Of a stretch of DNA of 64,000 nucleotides, positions 12,888 to 25,164 are shown in pieces; position 1 is the first letter of the stretch; each line of letters opens with the position of its first letter. The notes under the pieces are model-generated. The model had not been told where the DNA came from. It saw only the letters and a program-made list of their open reading frames with translations, and ran no database searches. The DNA is from Botryllus schlosseri (lineage: Eukaryota). Location: positions 12,154,001-12,218,000 of the forward strand of contig CM119371.1 of assembly GCA_051294905.1 (NCBI GenBank). The letters are read 5' to 3'. The translations under genes were made by a program, and so were the position numbers.

Positions 12888-14330
12888 CTTCATGAAGATC
12901 ATCCGGCGTTTCGTCGTATATGATGCCGCACACGAATCTGCGGACGTCCGACCATCGCTCTTTGTGCAAGTGTTTAGAGTTGAAGCTGATGAACTTTGTA
13001 CGCGTCATTTCGACTACAAAGCCCGCTGCGAGGAATTCCTGGAGACTTTGATGGCAGAAGTAGAAAATGAAATTGCCATCCAACAGATTGCAACTGAGGA
13101 GGTTATTTCCTGGAACCTTCATCACGAGATCTCGAACTTCTTCTTTTGAAAGTCCAAACTTCTTCAAATCATTTTCAGAGAATGTCACTCTACCTTCTTT
13201 CATGCCACGATATGCCATCGCTTTCAATTTGTTGATAACTCCGGCGATTGCATCAGCCTTTCTGATGTTTTTCACGCTACTTAGAGTGGATATAATTTTT
13301 TTGTAGAGTCCTGTGATCGTCTTAGGAGGAGCTTCGTTCGGATTCTGGGCCATGATCACTGCGGTTAAGACTAGAAAAACGGGAATGGAAACTAAATTGA
13401 TCAGCCTTGGTGACGTCGTTTCCATCTTCTCCCATGCCTCATCCCCATGCTGATGTATTAGAAACACAAAAAGCTTCTTTGCGTCATCTAGGGTCAGACC
13501 AGAAAGTGTGATGATGTCGGCAGGCCGAGCTTTCGCGGGCAAATCCGAGACTTGGAATTCCCGGGAAGAGAAGACGATCTTCGTATCAGCGAGTAGATTA
13601 CGTGAGAGGATATTGTACATTATCGTTGCTGCTTTGGCTGGAGTATAGGGGTTTATGCTCTTGTGACCATGTCTGTTAATTTTCCAAGTAGCCTGATCCA
13701 AGCCGTCGAAAAATAGTACTGCCTCTGATTGATGTTCGAGCAACCACTGATACGCATGTTCCTCGTCGATCTCATCCTGAAAGAGGCCACCGAAGAGAAA
13801 TTTAGATGGTTTCATGGAGCCTTCATCTCGCATTCCTTTTATTTCTATATAAGATATTAATTTGTACTTGAGCTTAGAGGGGCTGACAGTTGCATCCGCA
13901 TTTGTCAGTGAATGGCCTAAAGTTTTTCTGGCGATTCTGCGCATGAGAGTGGTTTTTCCAGATCCAGCAGACGCAACGATAGCAGTGATAGAACTTCCTC
14001 CGTTGATAGCTTGTTGCAAAACTTCATCCAGCTCGATGAATTTGTTGTCGTCAACTTTTTGTCGAAGGAATCCGAACTCCTTTCTCAACTGATTTTTTAC
14101 AACCTTTTTCTTTTGCCAGAAGAATAATTTTCTTTTTACTGCAACTTCCATTTCCTGCACCTCTTCATAATTGTCTTTGAAATATTCTGACTTTGTTACC
14201 CTTCTCATCTGGGGATGAACATAGAAATCAGGTTTGCTGAGGTCGTAGGCGCCGATGTCTTCGAGGATTCTGTCCGTCGACTTTTGAGACGCAATATCGT
14301 TTATGCATTTTATCAGGGCTGAAGCTTTTT
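12888..14330 (-). CDS. NLR-like gene, NACHT NTPase exon (pre-NACHT linker, NACHT, HD1, winged helix, start of HD2)
   Basis: Lies within an uninterrupted 497-aa ORF. Walker A ASAGSGKTT, Walker B LFFDGLDQ, sensor-1 IVFSSRE, IPVFL, winged-helix YFCHQSLQEFLAA, RWSDVRRFVCG. Acceptor tattgttatcttccag at 14331 and donor G|gtaggt at 12887, both phase 1. Confidence 0.92.
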
Positions 14331-15929
14331 CTGGAAGATAACAATATTCGTTCTTCATTATATTTTATGAATAGAAATGATTGGAGAAAAGCTCTTACTA
14401 TTTTTTGTTATTATTCTATATAACCCAGCACCTAGGTATTCAAGAAAGATATAGAGATTTATATTGTGAATATTGCAGAATCTTGTGCCGGGATTCTCAA
14501 CCTTTGTTCAGCAATTGCCCATTTTGCGGTTTTAAAACGCCATGTGGTCCACCTCTTATCCTAGAGTCATGATCCTGTTTAATTTGCGGTAATCGCCGCC
14601 GCTGATATGCCTATTCGTCTAACATGTGCGCATTTTTCTCATACTAATCATGTTTCAATTTATACCTCTATACCAGGATCGGTCAACCTGCGATTCCAAT
14701 ATATTTCCACTCCAGCGACAATTCTGATGGGAGGTCAAGATATATAACAGCATACAAGAAAGTGACTAATAACAATTGACCCACGCAAAGATCCATCACC
14801 ATTTATAACTTGTCCTAAATTTTCGAAAACACCCGCTCCATCAACTCTACCGTTTAATATGAACACATGGACCGAGAAAAATGAATGTTTGATAGGAATA
14901 TGCGAAATTTCTAATATGAATTGGAAAATTCATAGATGATTCCCAAACATTTTCGCCCGAGGATGACTAATCCCAGCCAATGTCATAACATGACCAGTCA
15001 CCACTCGCGATTTCGGTGTGTATACTGAGCAGACATGAATGAATAAATTAGTCTTGAGGTCACCGGAAATGGATACTGCACAGTTTCAACATTCCAGTAG
15101 GTGGTAGGTATTTCGCGTCCAGTTTATAACGACCATGCCCTGGTATGAGGCCGTGTACAATATGGGATTATGGGTGTTTTGACATGCGGTCGTCATTGGC
15201 AAAAAGTTTGGCCACCCCTGCCTGACCTGGGCGCTCGTGAAATCACAGTGAGCGCGACGAGAAGTTTTAAAGTAAATAAATATCCTTCAACAAACGGCTA
15301 ACGAAATGATTTTGGACGCCTTTGCGCTACCCTAATTAGGGGTTTGGGGTGCGGCAGTTACGACCCCGGTTGATTGGTGGATAATCCGAGTATAATCAAC
15401 GAAAAACTCCAATAACTCCCCTTCTACTAGTTGGAATTGAATCAAATTTGTTTTGCATGGTCGCTGAAGACAGCTCAACAATTTCATGGGGTTGACGTTA
15501 AAATTTGAATTTTTTTTAATTTTCCTGTTTAAATTAAAAAATTCAATTGGATCTGCGGAGCCCTATACCTGTAAGAATTGAACCAAATTTGGTGTGCCGC
15601 GTTTTTAGGGTAACCTGACGATTTAAGAGGTGACCGGTTTAAATCGGGGAAAAAAAGTTATTTTTGAACATCCCTAGCCGGGGGGTGATGAGGTATGGCC
15701 CGCTGTCTGTATTGAATTAATAAATGCTATTCATATCCTTAAAACCTCAACTCCTGTCACAGTTACCAACAATTTGGATATACTGATATAAAGCTGGGCT
15801 GGAAGTGGACAATTCATTTATTTCAATTCCTGGATTGATCAAAAGTCATAACGCATAACAAAACCAGATAACTAAAAATATGTAACATGAAAATCACTAT
15901 CAAATTATGCGTCTTTCGCATCAACTATC

Positions 15930-16250
15930 CCATCAAATCCAAATGTCACAGCTCTATTTCTTGTTAAAGTGGAAGTGACAAACCATAATACATATTGGAG
16001 CATATGATGACATATAGGCCTACTGTGCTAACCAACTTTTCACCTCTTCATTGACGACAGTATTGGCAAACGATTTTGAAATCTTTTTCATGTGAGATTC
16101 ATCCCCTGTCTTCTCCAGAGACCTGTTTAATGTAGCTCTACCAATTTTGTATTGACGGCGTGCTTCTCGTTTTGATACCTCCCATCAGTCCAATGCTTTA
16201 ACTTTTCGTATTGCCAAGCTCAGATCTGATTATGAAAACTGGCCATTTTG
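15930..16250 (-). pseudogene. Degenerate pogo/Tigger-like transposase N-terminus (psq-type HTH plus start of CENP-B-type HTH)
   Basis: Hand translation FS*SDLSLAIRKVK...VSKREARRQYKIGRATLNRSL...EEVKKLV...MYYGLS with in-frame stops. Boundaries approximate. Confidence 0.5.
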
Positions 16251-17698
16251 TGGGTTTCATGATTTACTCGCAAGTGATTGTATATGGGGGGGGGGGGGGA
16301 TAAGACCAACGCCTTCTCCATTGTAGAGATATATATATTTAAGAGGATCAATCAAATATTGAATTCAGGTATATGATGTGCTGCGCCATACCCAGCCTAT
16401 TGAGGTATGGACCAGCGTGCTGAAAAGCCCACACCTCAATCACTCCATCTTGGGGATTCTTACCATAATTTCAAGATCCGAGAGATTGACAAAGCAATAA
16501 AACTATTCTCTATAGATAGCATATTTCTATAGCTTTCACACCATAAACAAGTCTAATCCAAACATGCGCATACGTAAACTCAGACCAAAATTCTTAATTT
16601 TCAAATAAATTTACTATAGACAGCAAAAATTATTTATCCCTGGCCGCGGGTTTGCCAGTAAAGCAATACCAATTTGAAATCGTGTGTGATTTTTAGTTTG
16701 GGCGATTTCCATATCTTTTGACATAGCAGATAAAGGAGGTCACGAAATAGCATAACGTAATGAAGTCAATATACCAACGGGTCCGCCTCAAAATGTTTAA
16801 TTAATATTTAGGGGACCGATCTTTTCCACCACACCTCATTCAGCTCTACCGGTAAATCTGATTACGCGAGCAGAGAGGGGATAAAAAATTGATAACAAAA
16901 TATATGCAATTCCCGATCATATTTACCGATTCAAACACGAACTATATAAATTGTTCGCGCTTCGCGAGTTTAGTCCAAATAGGGCGATGCACTAAACAGT
17001 ATACCCAATGTAGCTCATAAGTAGCGGGGAAAATGGTTACAGGCTCAGCGGGGCTGAGGGGGGTTCATCACCGTATGGGGGCCCAAGATCAACGTTTTTT
17101 GTCGGGGCTGACGAAGTGCTGTTACGGTCCTGGTGGGGAATGAAGGCTCGGAATAAATCTGAAGTGGGGAATAAAAAAAATGGTTGGGAACCATTGCTCT
17201 GAACAAGTCGAAGATGGGAGGGGAAACAGCGAATTTTGTCCCCTGGCTATGACAACCTACGGCCAACAGCAACGACAATAATTTCGATTATATAATAACT
17301 GGAAGTCAATGCTGAAGTATCCAAGTATTCCGGCAGTGTCACTCGTCGTATGCCCTTGAAAAAGATGTGCTTGAACTGAAATGCATTTGATGTAGAATTA
17401 TAGATTGATGGTAGGCCTATACTTCGGCAGTTCGTATTATTGTAACATAAAAATAGCCACAATTGCAATTTATTATCAATTATAAACTTCCTATGGAAGT
17501 ATACGGCATCACCGAAGCGAATCGTAATGTATTGAGGACCTAGCACAGAACATTCATCTTTGAAGTCGCTCTGACAATGTGTGGCCTTGAAGTCATTGTA
17601 CAATGCACATAATGTACGAGTAACATGACTTGATTGTAATATTGGATTTAATGTTCTGATAACACGACTTCCATAGGTACAAGACATACTATGTACAT

Positions 17699-18188
17699 TA
17701 GGGCTGTTCAAAAATAACTCTTTTTCCTGATCCTTGCTTGCTACTTGATTATATCGTTAGGTAGCCTTAAAAAACGACTTACACCAAATTTGAATTCATT
17801 CTAACCAATATTCGCGGGTTTCGTACAGTTTGAAAATTTTGAATTTCCGTTTTTCTTTAATAATTCTTGGATTATCCACCGATCAAGGATATCCATAGAA
17901 TTATCAAAGAAAAACTGAAATAACTCCGCTTCTACGGCTTGGAATTGAGTCAAATTTGTGTTGCATAGTTTTTGAAGACAGCCCAACAATTTCGTGGGGT
18001 TGTCTGAAAAATTTGAAAAAAATATTTTTGCATTTTTGGGAAATTCAAAATTTTCAATCCGTACGAAACCCGCGAATATTGGTTGGAATGAATTCAAATT
18101 TGATGTTTGTCGTTTTTTAAGGCAACCTAACGATTTAATCGAGTAGCCAGCAAGATTCAGGAAAAAGAGTTATATTTGAACAGCCCTA
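17699..18188. mobile_element. Palindromic MITE
   Basis: TAGGGCTGTTCAAA...TTTGAACAGCCCTA with long internal inverted arms; flanks atgtacat/aggtacac; related sequence at about 15330-15676. Confidence 0.75.
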
Positions 18189-19525
18189 AGGTACACAAGC
18201 TAGCATATAAAAATTCGTTCTCCACTTCTCTGTAGTATCCCATTCACCAAAGAATTGTTTGAAGCGGGGCCAGAATAACAATATTATTCCCCACCATATA
18301 GTTGAACTAAAACCGCAAACACATAGTGGATGCGGGGATTAGATCGTTGAGTTTCTCAAAGTGAGAGTTATGCGCATTCCGAACCCCGAATCGGGGATAG
18401 CTCAAAAGGGCCCAAAATTATTTCATGGGTTGGTTGTTGGCTGAGATTTATAGAACTTGAAAATTTTCTTCGCGCGATTTCGTGTCCCTTAAGGCCTGTG
18501 TTTAAATATGATTGGTAAGAGAAAAATCCGCCAATTTTAGAGAGATAGGAATATCGGCGGCGGCTATTACCACACATTAAACAGGACTCTGACTCTGGGT
18601 AGGATAACAGATGGGCCACAGAACATCTTGAAGCCAGAAAATGGGCCACGGCCAAAAGAAGGCTGAGAACCCCTGAATAGGTTAACAGGGTTGAAACAAT
18701 AGGGCTGACAAAAATATAGATTAGTCGGTAGTGAAGTATAAGAAATTTCTGCAAATGGTATATTGAATTTTTCATTGTTATGGAGATTGGCATTGGGACG
18801 CAAAGTTGGCCAAAGTTGCGGATCCTAAGAAAAATACATTGTTATTGTACTGCGTGCCAGGTTCCACACAGAGCCTTATTAGAAAATGATATGAATTCTT
18901 TTATTTTCTTCGATATCCTTCGGAATATTATTTCCGCAACGAGCAAAAAGTACGGTATTTGAATAACTTCTCAACTGTTTTAGATGGATAACACTGGTCT
19001 ACACAAGATTTCAGGTTTGGGTTTTGACAACTGATCTTAGCTAATTTTGGGGCGCTGAATCCGAAAATGACCTCAGATTTTCTCCATCACATCACGGTTT
19101 TGAGATATGAAATATCTCAGATTAAAAAAAAAATTCAATTTTTGACCCCCCCTCTGTTGTCAAAACAAGGGATTCTGATGTAATAAACACTGTTTTACCT
19201 GCAATAATCTAGCTTTAATTAGCAAACAAGCATTCTATATTTGATTCACACAGATTTGCGTCGTCTTTATTAAAATTTTATGCCCCGGAATAAAAAATAG
19301 GCATGCAAAAGAGCAACCATACTAAAATTAAACGGTACATCGTGCTGACGAACATATCGATAGGACAGTAACAATGTATTATCTGAATTATAGCGTAGAG
19401 TTCGCACAATACCTACATAGACATTCCAATGATGTTCAAAAATTATGAAGACACAGACTTGGGCAGGGCGAGTTCAGACACAGTAAAAAAACGCTTTCAT
19501 AATATATGAACTCTTCACTTATAAG

Positions 19526-19980
19526 TAGGGCTGGGCAAAATCGAGTACTTGAGTGATTCGATTTTGAATCACGTAATATGCTTCGAGTCGAGTCGAGTAA
19601 TCGAGTATCACTCATTATGACGTCATATCAGAATGTAATATGTAAAAGTTCAGATATGTACCCTTTACGTGCCCACAAAGAATATAATGGCTGTTATCCA
19701 TCACATTAAAGATACTTTGGTATCTTTTCGACCATACCGATTCCATTGCACTTGGCGACAATGTTGTGAGTTGATCATGACTTCGGCCAATCAAGGTTTC
19801 AAGGCTTCAACAGTGAAAATTAGTATCGAAACTATAATTCTCGTTGATAAATTAACTTTCAGCTGCGAGGACCATATAATTTCAGTACTCGATAAAAATC
19901 GTATTTAACTACTCGACTCGAATCATTAAAATTATTACTCGATTCAGATTTGAGTACTCGAATCATTGTGCCCAGCCCTA
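19526..19980 (+). mobile_element. TAGGGCTGGGCA MITE (copy 2), nested in the Chapaev3-like element
   Basis: Same TIRs as copy 1; perfect TSD CTTATAAG. Confidence 0.9.
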
Positions 19981-19981
19981 C

Positions 19982-20830
19982 TTATAAGCTTAAAAATGCT
20001 CTTTTGATGGACTTTCTTTTACGATCAGCATCTGGAATTTCTCTTTTCAAACTCCAGCAATAGTCGACTATCATACGAAAATCCAGGTACAGCTGGCGAC
20101 TGTGTCCTTGTCCTTGCCTGTAACGGATTTTCACGGGTGTGAGAAAGAAATTAATCCAGAAATCCCGCCGATCTTGATAACGGGCCTTCGTAATTTTAAT
20201 ATCTTGGCGTAAACGTTCACCCTGTTCTCCACTAACTTTCCCAAATTTTTTTGGAAACTCATCCGCATGGTTCTTCAAAGCGTCAACTTTGATGTTCATC
20301 CTACGTCCCAAATCTTCAAAACTAAGCAGTAGCTCCTTTTAGAGATCTTCATAATTTTCTGATTTTCTCTTTCCCGAAAAACAGCACCGAAAGCATTCGA
20401 CGATCTAGCCTCGAATGGCAACATTGATTACGTACCAGATTTTTAGCCTTTTACAATTGCCTAATGTGAGGTCCATTGAAAATGCCGGTTCTTTTTTCTC
20501 TTCGCTGAGACCAGAAAAAGCATAACATATATCATTAAAACACCCCCCTTCACAATCCAAGTTAGATGTAAAGAGGAGACAAGAGGATCCTTTTGATATC
20601 AACAAACTGATCACATGATATTTTTGTCTCCAGGCGTCAAGGTGAGCCAGTGCTGATCCTTGACCCTGCTGTCCCAGTAGAATAGGAAACAAGGGTAGGC
20701 TATTCGGTGTAGCCACTTTGTTGCCCCAGCAAAAAGTTCACCATTTTCAGATCTAGACATATGAGCCAGCCATGGTCATGGTACTTGAACTTTTCGAGAA
20801 CGGTTTTGATGTTCTGATACTCTCATTTCC
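19982..20830 (-). pseudogene. Transposase remnant of the Chapaev3-like element
   Basis: MNIKV...FPKKFGKVSGEQGERLRQDI...RYQ...MIVDYCWSLKR, and upstream YHDHGWLICLDLKMVNFLLGQQSGYT; interrupted by stops, deletion and insertion. Confidence 0.75.
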
Positions 20831-21265
20831 TTGTTCATTGCGATAAAATGTCACGCTTGTACCAGCTTTGAGAGTTGCTCTTTTGCATGCATATTGTTTA
20901 ATCCAAGGCATGAAAGTTTAATAAAGACAACGCAAATTTGTTTGAATATAATACTGAATGCTTGTTTGCTAATTAGAGCTGGATTATTGCAGATAAAACA
21001 GTGTTTGTTGCATCAGAATTCCTTGTTTTGAAAACAGAGGAGGGTCAAAAATTGATTTTTTTTTTAAAGGGGAATATTTAATATCTCAAAAACGTGATGT
21101 GATAGAGAAAATCTGAGGCCACTATCGGATTCAGCACCCCAAAATTAGCCAAAATCAGTTATCAAAACCCAAACCCGAAAAAAAGTTGAAATTTGTAGAC
21201 CAGTGTAATATAATCATGCATTTTAAATAGTCTGACCTCAATACAACAGACATTGGGCTACTCAC

Positions 21266-21341
21266 CGCTTATTTCGGGCGATATTGATGTAGGCTTGACA
21301 TCAGCGACATCAGAATTGTTATATTTACCCCCTTCTGCCAT
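21266..21341 (-). CDS. NLR-like gene, probable first coding exon (MAEGGKYNNSDVADVKPTSISPEIS)
   Basis: ATG in good context (aacATGG), strong donor G|gtgagt in phase 1 matching the NACHT exon acceptor, upstream acceptor attatatattttcag at 21386 with in-exon 5' UTR. Not in the ORF track because it is too short. Confidence 0.65.
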
Positions 21342-21685
21342 GTTCTTGATAACCTGGTACTAATTAGCTAGGGTATATGACAAAACTGAAAATATATAAT
21401 AACATTCTGTGTTAGGGGTACCATACGGAGAGAATTTGTCCTCTTCTTTTTACTTTTTTGAAAGTGTCCTCGGACGATGCCCAAATGTAGGCTACTCTTT
21501 TTTGAAGAATTATGCTTCAATATATGGCAAACTTCGACTGAGATACAGTAAATCCGCATTGAAGTAACGAACGCTCCGGCGGCTATTTCGAGAGGTGAGC
21601 CGGAAAGTCGGCCTTATTTTAGTCAACCGACCACGAAGTGAGAAAAATTTACCATTTTATCATGATTTCATCCGGTATTGCAACG

Positions 21686-24583
21686 CAGGGCCGAGGAGTC
21701 GGTAAATTTTAGCACCGACTCTAACGCCACAGATTTTCAATGGACCGACTCCGACTCCGACTCCTGAGTCTCTAGACGTACCGACTACGGCTCCGGCTCC
21801 GACTCCGACTCCTGAGTCTTTAAAAATACCGACTCCAACAGTATTACCAATTTACTTCGAATGACTATCATATGACCATTAAACATATGCAAGCATATGA
21901 TTAACGATGACATGCAAAATTGTTTCATTGTGGCACAGCTCGAATTATTTCCTTCGACATATTTCCTTTATTTTTTCATATTTAATCAATTTTCATAGCA
22001 TGGACTCTCTAACAGTGTAGAGATCAAGCCACTACCGTCGAGTCACGAGTCATTTCGAGTCATTGCACATTCAACTCCAGTCAAGTCGAGTCAATCGATT
22101 TTCAAAGGTGACTCGAGTCAAGTCAAGTCACTCGATTTTTGGAGGTGACTCGAGTCATGTCGAGTCAAGTCAAGTCACGAGTCAAGTCACATTTCAAGTC
22201 AGATTGCCTTTTCGATGTAGCCTATGTATGAGGCATGATTACGTCATTGCAATTTGCTAGGTCTCTGAAATACAGTTTGAGTGGTCATTGATTCCTAACT
22301 GATGAACGAATAAAGAGTTAGATATACACGCAAGAAGGCGCTTTATCGCTCACATATACGTAGAACTGTTAAACTAGGTAATTGCATAGCCTCAGTTTAT
22401 AGCTGCCAGTCAAAATAGAGAATAGAGAAACGAATTGATAAGATGTAATACGTTACCCATTTACAAATAGATATGATACCATTCGAACCTGCGTCAATGG
22501 TTGAAGACTATATAAACTATATTCGACTTCAATTTCAATAAAACAAGCGGTTTGGTTAAGGTAAGAACAGAGAACAGAAGTATACATTTTGTTATTCTAT
22601 TACTTTACCACTAGAGTTACGACAACGTCAGCTTATGAGCTTCGATCACTTCGTTTGCGTTCAATTTATTTGTGAGAGAACAATCAAGGCTTGGTGAAAC
22701 GCACGGTCATTGAATGATTGGTCGCTCTCGCGGGTTACACAAGAGTTTCGCGAACAATCCGAGCATATCCAGGATACAGTGATTTTTATCGACACCGATT
22801 ACTTGATGACTTGAAATTGACTCGTGAATTTTGCTCCGAGTCACGAGTCAATCCACATTTCTGATACGCCGAGTCAAGTCAAGTCATGCGAAAAAGGTGA
22901 CTCGCGTCATCCCCACACTGCTAATAAGTAATAACCTAATATGCATGAATCATTCGAACACGACATAGCCTACATCCCATACTGTATAATTAAGATGTAG
23001 ACAAAACAATCGAAGTGTTGCTCTTGTGTATGATTCAGCAACTAATACATAGATGCTTCATAATAATTTTCTCATTACACACTGTACTGATTCCAATCAC
23101 ACACAAGTCTCATTACTAACAAATAGAAACGAAATTTAGGAAGTAGTCAAATAGCATATGTCTAATCTACATACACTGAGTCAAGTATTCAAATACAAGG
23201 ACTTGCAGTCTTTCGTAATCATTTGTTCGACCCAAGCAGCTAAGCTACACCACAAATATTTTTGATTTTGTCAAGTGGGAAGGAGCATATGGTTATATTT
23301 ACATCAATTTTACAACCAGACGATATATTTGCTCCTTCACAATATCCTGATATAATTCAAAAAATTGCATCAATTTGTGACTGCATCGCGAAGATACATA
23401 TTGCTTCTTTCATACTCTTTGCAACTGAGTTGTATTTTGCAAATAATGTTAAATTCTACCTATGTCCGGGTTGGCCAACCTTTTGGGCCGAAGGGGTCGC
23501 ATGAGATTTACGAACCATTGCGCGGGCAACTTGAATGTTGAAAACCCTTTGTTTAGTCGCCTGATAGGAACGAACCGAATTCGGTAATATTGAAAACAAG
23601 ACTTACATGACTACGTTTTAAAATTGATAGTAATTATGTCATGAAAACTCAGTGTGCAACTGTACAATGTGCAGTCATGCCCTGGTCGTGCGAAGAACGA
23701 AATTTTGCACATATTGGGGGTTGCCTATGTATAGCAATATGCTCATTTGGCTACGAAAGGAATATTGGGCGTTTTAGACATAGCAATATCGACGGTTTCG
23801 GTGAACATGGATGGCTCTGTCATTTTCCGCAAATGTTTCATCGCCGACGATCTCGCTTCGAGCGCACAAGCGAAGTACCGTGTTGTACGACACGTTATCT
23901 CCTAATTGCGTGTATAGTTAGACTCAATTCTGTAAATTACGCGTATTTGCAATTCCTAGGAGGGTTTCCAATACTAAATGCAAGAAAGAAGCAAAGTGAC
24001 AATATATCATGCGATGTGCTAAGAAAAATTTCAAGTCAAATAAATCTGCTACGGAATATTTTACTTTGTGGTCATATACGAAGATCTGCGCTGAATGTGG
24101 CTGGAGCATGCACGGTTACGCCAATGCGTCGAAACTGATGTTTTAGTCATCATCAAATTTCGCGGTCAGGCTAATCAAATATTTGTTGGCCTTGCAATTT
24201 TACCTGATGTTATAACTAACTTCGAGAATTACCTCGCAGGCCATACAAAACCTTCTCGTGGCCACATTTGGCCTGCGGGGCACGGTCTGGCCGCCCCTTA
24301 TCTGTATCGTTACTAATACCATTGATTCATAGTACATAAAAATCCTACTATATATATTATTAGTAATTTAAAAGGTATCTTTGAAAGAAATTGTTCACAT
24401 GATAAAGAAGTCGGAGTCGGAGTCGAAGTTGGGGTCATTTTCACTAACTCCGACTCCGAGTCCAGTTAGTATTTTTTCACGATTCCGACTCCAGCCACCA
24501 CAGTTATCACGACTCCGACTCCATCAAGCAAAAATTAGCCAAACTCCGACTCCGACTCCACCGACTCCGACTCCACAGCCCTG
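21686..24583. mobile_element. hAT-type element with (CCGACT)n subterminal repeats, carrying nested insertions
   Basis: CAGGGCCGAGGAGTCGG...CCGACTCCACAGCCCTG; flanks attgcaacg/attgcaag. Confidence 0.8.
22013..22920. mobile_element. ~0.9 kb element with GAGTC/TCAAG subterminal repeats
   Basis: CAGTGT...ACACTG ends; colinear with the reverse complement of 43724-44627. Confidence 0.8.
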
Positions 24584-24790
24584 ATTGCAAGCCTGAAAAC
24601 GTTGAAAATGTGTCCTCTTTTATTTTTTCCAAATTATGGTAACCCTATTCTATGTTTCTTTTCTGAACAACAAGCTAATATTATCAATCCTGAGCACAGC
24701 GGGCTATAGAAGACCTGATCGATTATTGGAGCAATTGTCTCCTGTCAACAGTCACATGCTGCTTATGTCGAATAGATATTGCGTGATGAC

Positions 24791-25164
24791 TAGGGCAAGT
24801 TTCTGCAACTTTTTTCATGCAACTTTTTTCGATTTTTCATGCAAATAACTTTTTACTGCAAATAGATAGATCACTCGATTATTTCACTGGCGTTTAAATT
24901 TGAGGTCCTTTCTGATTTGACGTACATATTTAGGCTAGACCGCCGAAAATTATATTTTCACTGGGTCAATTTTTTCGGGCTATTGATTTTGTTGAACTCG
25001 CCTACACTGAACTTTGATACAGTGCCTTGTATACGGACTGATTCGAGTATCTCATACCCAAATAATTTCAAGGAATTTGTCCATAAATGCAACTTTTTAG
25101 TGCAAATTTTGTGAAAAATAAACGCAACTTTCCACAGATTTGACTGCAACAAAAACTTGCCCTA
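24791..25164. mobile_element. hAT-type MITE
   Basis: TIR TAGGGCAAGTTT...AAACTTGCCCTA; perfect TSD GTGATGAC. Confidence 0.88.

Larger units (their letters stand above)
18992..21205 (-). mobile_element. Chapaev3-like (CMC superfamily) DNA transposon, internally deleted
   Basis: CACTGGTCTAC...GTAGACCAGTG termini, long imperfect TIRs (over 200 bp), 3-bp TAA on both flanks, transposase remnants inside. The family label rests on recall of terminus, TSD and motif style. Confidence 0.75.

Noticed and set aside
12829..14092. Plus-strand ORFs 12829-13149, 13067-13306 and 13862-14092
   Set aside because: Antisense shadows of the NACHT exon with no motifs.
14331..14358. ATG at 14358 as the NLR start codon
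   Set aside because: A strong acceptor lies 27 nt inside the ORF and matches the phase of the MAEGG exon. Not excluded as a minor start.
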